A stretch of 56,066 bases of DNA, filler included, from Bipalium vagum (lineage: Eukaryota), in NCBI GenBank assembly GCA_037834085.1. It is 3 parts of 3 records of this genome, joined end to end, with 100 filler letters (N's around TTAATTAATTAA, not from the genome) between each part and the next. Parts side by side here need not be neighbours in the genome. Positions count along the whole stretch, not along the records: positions 1 to 18,210 come from JBBMKC010036231.1; positions 18,311 to 36,727 come from JBBMKC010029560.1; 1 more part is not named here. One strand, 5' to 3'. The position numbers and the translations under genes were made by a program. Under the pieces are notes generated by a model that made no database searches, had not been told where the DNA came from, and worked only from the letters and a program-made list of their open reading frames with translations. Of this stretch, positions 12,150-23,581 are shown piece after piece. The stretch's first letter is position 1, and each line of letters begins with the position of its first letter.

Positions 12150-13075
12150 TTATCCTTTAAGTCTCAAAAATGAAAACCTAAAACAATTAATTCTTTATTT
12201 TTAATATAGAAAAAGGTTAATTAAAGGTTTTAGAAACTGTTATATATTATCAATTATTATTATCAATTGCTGATATTATTATTGTCAATCATTAATGTTA
12301 GAACGAAAAAGAGAATCCCTACTAAAATAGATCAACAATAAATGAATTAAAAAGTAAAAGGTATTTTGAAGGATTGGATATTATAACTGCATATAATGAA
12401 TGACACGTGTTCAATATAATGCCAGGATTCATATTACTCACTAGCTTTGATGAAGATTTCAGAGACTGGCTATCAAATTTCTATTCCAAGTCTGTCGCAA
12501 ACACTATTGAATGAATACTCAGGTCACAGGTAGACTGTCTCTCGATAGGCTAAGCGATAAAATTCAGTGTTCATGTAACTTAGTAGACAAAAGTTTCTAC
12601 ATTAATCAGAACCTTGAAACAGAAAATTACGATTTGCCAGTTCTTGATCTTCCAAAATCAAATATCACTGAAAATTCAAGCTCTGATTAACACAGAAGGC
12701 CGTCACAATTATAATGATAATTTCCTAAACATTCAAGGGGCAACAATGACTCTTCATCAGTCAATAGCAATTCGCTATTTCCATCAGTGAAAATAGCATA
12801 TTGACCTAGAGAAAACCCTGCAGGCAAATATGATCCTTCAAATGAATCTCATCCCAACAATACTTTTTTCTCATCAAAGCATGGAACAATAGACTAGGTC
12901 GGAGATGTAAAATTTTAAAATGGAACATTTTTTATTTGGAACAAGATAAAAATTCATATGCTGTCAATGCGGAATGTCTATCCCACGTCTTGAATCACTA
13001 CCCTTCAAGATCATTTCATCCAACTGCAAAAAATTAACCATGTTCTCGCATTGATATCTGGACTGTGAATATGAT

Positions 13076-13207
13076 GTTTTCATTATTATTTATTTATATT
13101 TATAAAATTATGAACTCTCTTGTCATTCAAAATTTATTTCGATTTTAAATGGCTTCAATCAATACCAGTCACTCTTTAGACCAGTAACATTAAGAGAAAA
13201 AGAGAGA
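13076..13207. repeat. Right arm of 132-bp inverted repeat (partner 10479-10610)
   Basis: See left arm. Confidence 0.92.
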
Positions 13208-14618
13208 AATCAATTATACTAACTTTATTATTAACTTTTTTTACTAAAAATTTTAATCGTATTTTAACTTTATAAATCACGATAGAGGGACCTTCGGTAA
13301 TCGAAAATGGTATACATGTGCTTTGTTGGTCAAGAGAACCTATAGGACAAATTTTATATAGGACTTTTACTTGTCCTAGTTTCCATGAATAGAATGCTTA
13401 CTCGAATAATGACTCGGAATGAATTGTCAAAAGAAATAACGAAAACGGACCTTGTGTTACAAAATAAATGTTGATTTTTAAGACATGATTTTTCGATATT
13501 TAAAAATGAAATTCCGTCCCTTTTAAGTAATCATTCATCTCATTTTCCTCAGAAATATACAAAATGCTAGAGGATCTCCGCTTCCGAATATATTCCACAA
13601 TTCCTGGTCGTCTGTCAACATATACTTCGATATGTTTTCTTCCTGAATCACTCTTTCTTTCCAGGGTACCTGGTTCAAAAAATCCCAGACTTTCAAATTT
13701 TTCGTGCTGTGGCTGCCCTTTGCCAATTTTCACGAGAATCATCTCATAGTGAATTAACATTAATATTTTCTTATCATCAGGTAATAATCAATATTACATC
13801 AATTAAACAAACTAGACTTACAAACTCCTTTCTAAAAATAAATTAATCTGGTTTTTATGGTATGGAGTAAGTATTTCTTTAAATTCGTGCATAGAACTGA
13901 ATTTTACTCCCTTCAGAATTCTGCAGACATCTAAATGAATGATAATCTAGTGGTGTAATGCGGATGTGACCGAATCTTTGTCCGAACTTCAAATGCCTAT
14001 CACGGTTGTCCAGATCCCAATGGTCGTCAAGTTAATCAAATTTTGTCTGATCCTTTCAATCGCTTGCTCATTGATTAAACACACAGATCTGAATCAATCG
14101 TCTTAAGGTATGGCAGGAGTTCATAAATGATTCCTTACAAATTCAGTCAGGCACAAAATACATTTTAAATGAATTATATTTAACATTTAATTAAATACCA
14201 TATTCAGTTTCAATATTTAAGTGTTACATACAACCGATAGCACTCGAAAAGATCAATTTAATCTGTATAAATAGCCGCTCAGTTTAACATTAAAGTAAAA
14301 ATCAATAAATCCTGATCAAATAATCTCAGTACACAGAATAAGGTTAAATGACAGACAATGACATTGAACATTGACAGAAGACATTTTGGTGCCATAAGAT
14401 TTAGAAAAAAACCTTAGGAAGCCTTCTCAAGACTGTTTTCCGCACCCGTTATATTTTCCTATGATAATTTAGAGCTGCATAAACGATACAACACGCCTGG
14501 CACAGTCAACAAAAGCAGGTCGATATCTCGACAAAAGTCGAACCGATAAATACAATGAAAAGATAAGACGATATTGATTATTTACATTAAATACAACACT
14601 CAAGCTTCGCTTTCATTG

Positions 14619-15756
14619 TTAGGATGTGTCGATGTCCCGAATCTCGGCCAAGATGGTTTGTCGGTGTTGTTCCAGTGTGTCGATTCCATCGTTGAGGTGC
14701 AAATGGCTAAGAGGGAAACTGAGAGTAGATTTCATCGATCCACTTTGTAACGCTTTCGAAAAGACCTCCATCGAATGCTCCTCTCTCATCGCAATCATGC
14801 CCAACTCCTGCCAGTGATCCTCTTCGGGGTCATAGTTGATCAGCGTGTTGAATCCCGGATACTCGATCAGCTCGTCTGTGCGATACTCGACTACAAGAAT
14901 CACGGTTAAATTACAAAGGTATCACTAGTTCGTTGTCTTCCTCTTTCTTTCCATCCATCTTTATTCTCTCTCGCTCCCTCCAACGCACGTATATCAAAAT
15001 TTACTTACCAGAGTTTTCCCTTCGAATTTTGCTATCGTCGCCGATGAACTTCAGTTCCGAGGGTTTCGTTTCGATTTGCCGCAGCCAGCCAGGAGGATAA
15101 CCGAGATAGCGCATCCGATAAATGTGCAGCGGCAGACCGTACGTCGACAAACCCAACGCCCGCCTAAGCTTATCACTGGAATAGCCGAACAAAGGTCCAA
15201 ATTAAAATATTTTATATTAATTCAAAATTTAATCGATCGATCGATAGTCGAAAATTATTATTAATATTAAAATTAATATCTATCGATTGATCGTTTGAAT
15301 TTAAAAATTAATAATTTAGATCGATCGATCGATTCATTCATTCATTTTGTTTACCTCAACTTGCCCGGCCTGATGTTGCTACTGTCGTTGGCCGCCTCGT
15401 GGAGTCGCTTGTTGCTGAAAATATAAGACGTTTCAAGACGCAAATCATAATGCAATCCATCCTACCAATGTTTTGGGATATGAGACCTTTGTCTGTGAAG
15501 CTTTTCGTCGGCGGACTTCAGCTCCAGTAAATCGGAATTGCATTTGTACAAGATAGCCCTGAACAATGTTCAACTAGTTAAGAGTGGACGAGAAACAAAA
15601 GTGGATTTACTTTTTATCTTCCAATTTAGATTTTGGTACTCGGTCGCACCTTTTGGTAGAAGGTTAAAATTAGTGACAATGATAGATTAACTGATTAGTT
15701 TACTTGTCTTCGTTTCCGCACCGATCTATGGTAAATAGGGAGTCGAGTTCATCCAT
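14619..15756 (-). CDS. ZCCHC8: ZCCHC8-like PSP-domain protein (NEXT complex scaffold), ~227 aa, 6 exons
   Basis: Exons 15756-15704, 15649-15611, 15558-15466, 15414-15355, 15175-15009 and 14890-14619 (684 nt) have GT-AG boundaries and consistent phases. PSP motif RPGKLSDKLRRALGL..LPLHIYRMRYLGYPPGWL followed by LIEYPGFN..DHWQELG is ZCCHC8-type rather than SF3B2-type. Confidence 0.85.
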
Positions 15757-17792
15757 ATGTCAGACTGAATATCAAGAACAAATATTCGTTCAAAAAGACC
15801 ATTCAAAAAGTGCACATTGAGATTGATTTTTAAAACAAAATATTTTACCTCAGATATTGATTGATATTTGATAAAAGTGGTAACTGATTTAATAAAATTC
15901 TATTTATAAACTTATCTATTTTTTATGAATCATTAAAGATTTATTTTAAAAAACTTTATTCCTTTTTGGCTAAATGTTACATTTTTCTCAACATTTCAAA
16001 AGATTAACGAATCTCCACTGAAATTTCTCAACATTTCATTAAATTGAAAATAAATTTCATTTCAGTTAATTTATTAATCATCCGTAAAACCAAGGCAAAG
16101 CTCCCAAAATTGGTAAGTAAAGATTTATTCTTCATTATTATTAATTATTATTATAGATTTATTATTTTATTATTAGTGAGATCTCTTCAGGAACAAGCTC
16201 GAAACAACCAATTAGCATTTGTATTAGAATTTTCAACCAGATTGTTTGACATTCGTGAACCAAATTATAACAACTTTTGTTTACATTTAATAATTAATAT
16301 TTATTCTTAATTGGTTGGTTGGCATATGTTATCTTGTGTTCAGGGAAAATAACACAAGTATAAGCAACAGAAAGTAACATAAAGCGTAATTAACTGGGTT
16401 CTGTTATTTGAATAAACAATATGAATAATTCTATCTTAAGGTTTTCATAATTAATTTAATAAAAGAAAAAAGTTTAAATAAAAAATTTAAATGTAAAGGT
16501 ATTACTCCGATGATTCACTGACGCACAGGGTTGTTACTGAACCTATGCTGGTTGGTGAATTCGGAATATTGGAACTCCTCTTCAGAGCAGGTGGTCACTT
16601 TGGAATGTGTTCAGGGAAAATCATTCATTGGAAAGGATCCGATAGTCAGAATTTTTCGGCATTTCAGTGTTGTTTGTCCTTGCATATCAGAATGTTATGG
16701 ATTAGTGTTGGGACCAATCTAGATTGTAGCGGTCAAGTAAATAGATAACTGGAAATCTATTTTTACTTTCATCGAAAATGATGTCCGATAAAATCAAACA
16801 CGGTAAGAGATGCATTTGTTGGGACTATACAATGACAAAGTTTGTTTACTGTTTACTAAAAAGTTTTTATTAAGGATCATCATCTCCAGATAAATGGAAG
16901 TATATATCATAGGAGATTACAAGTAACTAAAAAATCAATTGGATTTCAAATAATAATAATAATAATCTGTTAGTGAAGTTTATAATTAATAATATTATTT
17001 AATAAATTAGTACCCCCTTGATTAGGGAAAACCGAAGAGATTCTGTATTGAATAAAAATCGTACCAGATGTTAGTAGAGTAGTATTCCGGAAAAATAATC
17101 AAAACAGAAATTGGAAAAAAATCTATAATGTAAATCAAATGCTTTAATTTTCGAAAAAAATTAATTTAAATTATTTATCTTCTCTTATGCGCTTTAATTC
17201 GTTTTTTGGAATAAAAGTTTTAGATTTGTTTACCTTTTCCCGGTAACATTGTAGGAGTATCTATTTCTGTTTACCTAGAATTTTTTTGTGCTATTTTTGT
17301 GACTGAAAACATTGAGATTGGGGGCTTGTCACTGAAGCAGCTGCAGAATCAATCATTCAACTAAGGCGACCAAGGTCGGGTTGAGCTGAATAATTGAAAG
17401 CTACGGGTTTCTGCTTATGAAACGAGAAAATGAGGAAGATATAAATTGGTCAACGACTGAGTAGTCCATCGGCCAATAAAAAAAGAAAAGTGGACAGCAT
17501 AATTTCGAAGAATCAGAACGATAATTGATTTACTTAGAAGAATATTTACTTGGTTTATGGAGGTGTCAGAAGACTGTCAATTATTGGAAGATTTTTAGGA
17601 AAAGATTTTTCTTTAATTTTCAACTAGTTTCCAATGTTTTTATTATTTTTCTTTTATGAGATAGGATTCAATAGCTCATCAAACGACCCAAGGGCGCATC
17701 GCTACCAGCGGTGAGACATTGGTGATTAAACCTGAATTATTGGAAAAGATTTCTTAACTTACCTGCAATTATCAACATCCGATTAAGATATA

Positions 17793-18210
17793 CAGTACCT
17801 GCAAAAAGTATTCGTAAGATCACTTAATTCCTAAAATAGTTGGATTTATGAAGCACTATGGCAAAAAAGTATTGAAAAATAATTTTAATATAATGGACAG
17901 CAATCAATCTAGAAGTATGATGTAGCCGAAAGATCAAACTAAATATTTTCAAAGATCTATGAACTTATTTTTGGAAAACTGAGGAAGTGAAGACCAAAAG
18001 AATTATATTTACGATTATATTTATGACATATAAACAAAAAAGTATTAAATGCATGTGGAATGTCTAATATTTTATTGGACCTCTTTTGTTATTAAGCACC
18101 ATTTGACATCTATTATCCATTGATTGCACCAGTTTTTTTGCAAAAATCAGAAGGAATTTTCTGCCATTCTTCTATAAGACATGCTTTTAACATTTCTTTT
18201 CCAGTTATCT
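17793..18210 (-). mobile_element. Tc1-like element 3' end, truncated by assembly gap
   Basis: TA|CAGTACCTGCAAAAAGTATTCG terminus; minus strand reads VQSMDNRCQMVLNNKRGPIKY* (Tc1 C-terminal SM..R...V....G..TKY motif). Confidence 0.75.
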
Positions 18211-18310
18211 NNNNNNNNNNNNNNNNNNNNNNNNNNNNNNNNNNNNNNNNNNNNTTAATTAATTAANNNNNNNNNNNNNNNNNNNNNNNNNNNNNNNNNN
18301 NNNNNNNNNN
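18211..18310. other. Assembly gap with artificial linker (44 N + TTAATTAATTAA + 44 N)
   Basis: Exactly 100 bp; identical construction at 36728-36827; the 12-mer gives stops in all six frames. Confidence 0.97.
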
Positions 18311-18804
18311 CGAAACATGTTTCTTGATAATAAATGTTTGGAAAAATTTTGTTCAAAACTATTGAAATGCGTCTATTTAAAAAATAATATAATATAATAT
18401 AATATAAATAATTCTTTGTTTCTTCACTCTACCTTTACAATATTTTTATCATTAGAATTTAATTTTTCCATTTATTAATGTTTATTTATTAAGTTGAACT
18501 GAAAATCGTTCAGTTTTATCGAAGAAAATTAATAGAAATCTTTTGAGATTTAAACAAAATATGTTCCATTATGTTCGATGCTCCTCTCCATTGTTTGGGG
18601 ACTTTTGTGAAACTATGAGTAAAGATTTCTGTTAAATACTTCCTGAAATACTTTTCCATGTTTTTAACATCAGATATCAGGTCCATCATTTTTTATAACA
18701 TTTACTAATTATAATTATTTTCAAAAAATTATTATTTATATTTAAAAATAGATTGTTTTAATTTATAAATAGTAAATTAATTTAATTAATTTTAAAAGTA
18801 GAAA

Positions 18805-19160
18805 GTAATCGTAGAAATCGATGAATCAAAATTAGAAAAATTAAAGCACAATAGCGGTCATCATGTGAATGGAATCTGGGTCATTGGTGAAATTGAAAAA
18901 ATAGTTTTACTCTGTAATTAAAGATCGTATTGGTGAAGCCTTGCTGGATGTTATAAGAAAACATACTCCCAGGATCTATTATCTATACAGATAAATGGAA
19001 AATATATTCTTGCTTAACTGAAAATGGGATACTTGTTCATGATACAGTAAACCATTCTAAATGGTCTAAAGACCCAATAAAACATGTTCATACGAACACA
19101 AAATGGGGAACCTGGGCAGTTGCCCATAAGCAACAAATTCCTGTCCGAAATAGGGTCTGA
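18805..19160 (+). mobile_element. Merlin/IS1595(ISXO2)-like DDE transposase remnant
   Basis: VEIDESK..KHNSGHHVNGIWVIG ... KDR.GE.LLDVIRKH-PGSIIYTDKWKIY.. HDTVNHSKW.KDP...VHTNT..GTW...KQQIPVRNR covers the Merlin catalytic core, with frameshifts. Confidence 0.88.
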
Positions 19161-19164
19161 CCAG

Positions 19165-19488
19165 AAAAAAAACATTCCTGTTGTTCCTCCCCCTATTCTG
19201 CTGACTTGTATCCTTGTTACTTTTTCCTGTTCCCTTAGCTAAAATTTTATTTCAAAGGACATCATTTTTGAACAATAGAAAACGTAAAAGAAAATGTTAC
19301 CGGTCAGCTGAAGGATATTTCAATTTCGGACTTCCAACACTGCTACGAGGAGTGGGAAAACTAAATGAAACATTTTGTTGCTACTACTTTGAAACTACTT
19401 TGAAGGAGATAGAGATCATATATATAAATATTGTAAATAAAAGATGGTATCGAACCAGTTTCATTACATAATTTACAGACCTTGCATA
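19165..19488 (+). mobile_element. Mariner 3' fragment
   Basis: PPYSADLYPCYFFLFP (YSPDLAP.DF motif) and a TIR-like end cagtttcattacataatttacagacc. Confidence 0.7.
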
Positions 19489-21071
19489 TTAGTATTGAAT
19501 TAAACTAATTAATTGAATTAATATAAATACTACTACTAACAATATAATCTTTCACCAGGAGTCGCTTCATGGTAGTTTCAAAGGTCTGCACCAAGCTTGA
19601 CGGCGACTGCCTAGAATAAATTTTTGTTTTTCATATTTGTAAGTATGTTAAATAAATCTAAATATCTTCTAATATCATGATAATAATAATTTTAAACAAA
19701 CTCAGTAAATCCTTCATTACACAGGGTTAGGTTTAGGAATCCTAAACATCATTTCAGAACAAATCGTGCTACATTTTAATTTTACAAATTTAATTAAAGA
19801 TATAATAATAACGAAGTCAGTAAAAATATAAATCCAAAGTGTTAATTTAAACAAATCTTCAAAGTTAATAATTAAACAAAGATTCTGGATCCGTCAAATG
19901 ATCAACCTCAATATCAAACTAAAATTTGTATTTAAATGAAATAAAAATTAATCTGAACTGGTACTTAATGACATTAAAAATAAATTATAATTTTTTTCCA
20001 TATATTTTTATTTATTTATATTCTGATAAGTAAGATTAAAAGTATTGTCTTGAATATAACCTAATCGATTCTAAATATTGTCACTTGACACTAAAACTGA
20101 TAAAAATTAATTATCAATAATAAATTGTTTTTTTTGTTAGATTACCTCAATGCGTGACAAGACAGTATTGCACATTCCTTGTTAAGACATGTGCCATATA
20201 TCGTTCAGTAGACACTTTAATTTACGAAGGAATTGGCATACATTTCTACTTTTCCGGGATTAGTTGAAATGCTTTTAAAAAGAATTCCATTTGTAATATA
20301 AGACATTTATGTTTTTTGGATTTACCTAAGTGGTTACTTAAATCGATATCACTGATCTCATAATACTTTTCTGGAGAATAAGCAGCAGAAAATTACCTGA
20401 GAGAATTTACTCTACTTCAATGGTCCTAAGTCGGACCAATTAAGTTGATCGGTTCTATTCATTGATAAACCCTGGTCGATTATATGTTTGATTCACTATT
20501 AAAGGATTAATTCATTAGTTAATTTTTATTGAATTGACAACTGGACCTGCAAAAGAGTTCACATTATGGACTATGGTAAAAGAGTTTCTTTAAAAATTTA
20601 CATTTTAAAGTTCTAAAAGAGTTTTTCTTTGACATATCTGTAGAAGTCCTCTGATTAAAACAAAAAAATATAAACGTACATTTTTTGGAACTGAAATTTA
20701 AATTTGTGATTTGCAAATATTGGCTTAATATTTTGTTTTTATTTAATCTTTTCTGTACATTTTCCCATTATAATTTCCCATCATAAGTTTAATTAATTAA
20801 TTACTAATTTATGTGATATATAACAAAATAGGTGGTATAATTATAGTTTTATGAATACATATTGTTTCAGGTAAAGCATTTAAATATTTAAAATTAATTT
20901 TTAAGACACTAGTAATGTTTAACAATGATATTCTTAGGAAAAATGTTATTTTTCTCGATTTATGAAGCTAATGGAACATGTAAGTCTTCTCGGACATCAA
21001 TGTCAAAGAAGATTGTTAGTTCTTTAACCAAAAGTTATTAGTCGTTTAATTTTGATTTATGAATAGATAAA

Positions 21072-21098
21072 ACACACACACACACACACACACACACA
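21072..21098. repeat. (AC)n microsatellite
   Basis: Directly visible. Confidence 0.95.
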
Positions 21099-22128
21099 AA
21101 GACATGCATTTTCAATAAAAGCTCACCACTAAAAATATTAAATTAAAATCCAATCAAATAAAGTTATCACATATATTCAATCAAATTGAATGAAATAAAG
21201 AACTTTACAAGGACAACATGCAGAAATGTCAAAAGCAGTCAATTATCAAATAAGATTGATTAAACAGCAGATGCAATAATTCTTATGCAATTCGTTAAAA
21301 TAATAAGTGGGGTGTTTTTATTGAAAATGAAGATAATTAAATATTCCAAGTAAAATGCATAATTGACTCTCTCAAACTTATTTCATATATATTCATAATT
21401 TAGAACTGAACCAATTATACTGAAAGTTCATGAAATTTGGTAAATCTTCACTCGTTCTCATTTCCCGAAACTATAATGAAATTAAATAACCTGATAATAA
21501 ATCAATGAATTTAGGACTTAAAACTTTAAAAAGTTAAACTGATTTAAGAATAATATAATTGTTTATGAATAAAAATTATTATTATTGATTTTTCCGGTTT
21601 TATTTTTTGCTGAATTTAAACTATGTACCCGGCAATTAATATCCATAGGTAAAGGTAAAAGGTATTTTAATAGGTTATTTTCTGAATGAAAACCAAAAAA
21701 ATTTGTGACGTATATATCGCACTTAAGTCGACTAGAATTTTTTACATGATTCTGGTGTGACATTTAATAATTCTTCACAAACAGTACTTGTCTAAAAAGA
21801 ATTTTGTTGTTATCCATTAATTATTTAAATCCGTTATTCACATTGGACCAGTTTATTTATTTAGAAAATATTTTTATTTTGATATAAAGTTAAAAATCTA
21901 TTTTAAACAAATTTACATGTTTAATGAATTAAAAATGTTGTTTTAAAGAACATCGCCTGTTATAATAGAGAATCTTAAATTAAAAAAAATAATATTTATT
22001 ATCAAGTGTTTGGGTTATCCATTGATTTATTTATCGTATTATAATGATAATATAATATTTTCACATTAAAATTTTTAAATAAATATTACAAAATTTAATT
22101 ATTGGTTAATCTAAGCTGATAATAATTA

Positions 22129-23560
22129 TTAGATCAACCAAATATAAAAGCCGTTTTTTATCAGAAACAAAATTTTTATATTTCAGAAACAACAATGGAT
22201 ACCACTCTTAGAAAAGTCTTCTTACTGATATTCAAAGAACTGTGACACCAATATTTTGACTTCCTCTTTTTTTTGAAATGTTTTATTGTCCAAAGAATGT
22301 TGCATCTATCTGAATAGATGAAAATCCGATGGAACTATAGGGACGATGGCACGAAATTGGCCAGCCAAGTTCTTTGAATTTTTGTTGGTGATCTTTTCAA
22401 TGTGCGGATGAGCGTTATCACGGAGAAATTTTTTTAGGTATTTTTTGCTTGACAGCACAAAGCTTGGTCCAACCGATTGAGTTGTTATACGCATAGTTCC
22501 ACATTAATCGCTCTGATTTATTAAGAACTTTTGAAACCACCAGTAAGGATGACTGGTGAACATTATCAATTCTAATTAATTCGTTTGAAGGGAGATCTGA
22601 AAGAGAAAAGTTCAAAATTGGCAAACAGAAATAATAAGATAATTTTACCATACTATAACTTCAGACTGCATGTTTATTCTATTGTTAACAATTTCTTAGA
22701 AGGTAAAAACTTGAAAAACTCACATAATCAGATTTTGCTTCTTCGGATTTCCATTTGTTTCGCTCGATGCAATCAGAACTTTCTAGGAAACGTTCAGCTC
22801 CGATGAAGATCTTGAAAAATGTAATAATAGCTGGATTTCTTCAAAAGAACCAGAAATTTTTTGTGGAATCCATTTGTTTACTCAAAGCGCAATATATAGC
22901 CCAATGTTATCGTCTTGCAAAACAATTTTATTCTGTCTGTGACCATATTTCGGTCTCTAGAAATTTATAACTTGGCTGAAGTCTGGTAATACTTGTCGAT
23001 ATCGTTCAGTTACAGTTTCGGATGGTTTCAGTAGATCATAGCAAAGATTTCCCATTTGGGCCAACAAGATACATATAAATACTTTATTTATATTCGTTCA
23101 AATTTGTACTGTCGGTTAGAATTCGATATAAAAGTCAGTGTCATGTAAGAGTGATTTCGCAAGAATTTTAAAACCCATTTCTTGTTTCTTTTCTGTCAAT
23201 TCATGCATTAACTACTTACCTTGGTTTTGTATCATTCACCTTGGGTTCAGATATTTAGTTAGCGATAGATTTGTCAGCTTTAAAATGTTTGTGACATATT
23301 TCAAGGATCTTCTTGGATTAGGTCTTCAAACTTCTTTGGATGGCCTAAATGTTCTTTGTCTTTTGCACTGTAGTCACCAGTCTTAAATCGACAAAACCAT
23401 TTCCTGCATATAATTTTTGATAGGATATCTTGTGTAAGCTTGTGTGGAAATCATCAAAAAGAAAAAAAAATAATAAAACGTCTTGTTATTAAATAAAACC
23501 AACCAAAATTATCAACCTTATCTTCAAAGCTTATTTTCAAAACCTCAATCTCAAGTAGAT
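22129..23560 (-). mobile_element. Cluster of fragmented mariner copies (mostly minus; short plus fragment ~22730-22830)
   Basis: LRDNAHPH, PSDFHLFR, CRKWFCRFKTGD, K*LMHELT and VLQDDN on the minus strand; LASSDFHLFRSMQ on the plus strand. Confidence 0.75.
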
Positions 23561-23581
23561 TAATGTGACAAAATTTAAGAA

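Noticed and set aside
15650-15703. Possible non-canonical (GT-AC/U12) first intron of ZCCHC8 (…ttttaaccttctac)
   Set aside because: A canonical AAG acceptor 6 nt further on keeps the frame, and there is no U12 5' consensus.
18255-18266. Palindromic TTAATTAATTAA inside N runs (also 36772-36783)
   Set aside because: Identical 44N-12-44N construction in both gaps marks a scaffolding linker with six-frame stops, not biology. Contiguity across these gaps is also uncertain.
20140-20300. Ankyrin-like scraps (DKTVLHIPC; GLVEMLLKR) on the plus strand
   Set aside because: Broken by stops and frameshifts and too short to support.
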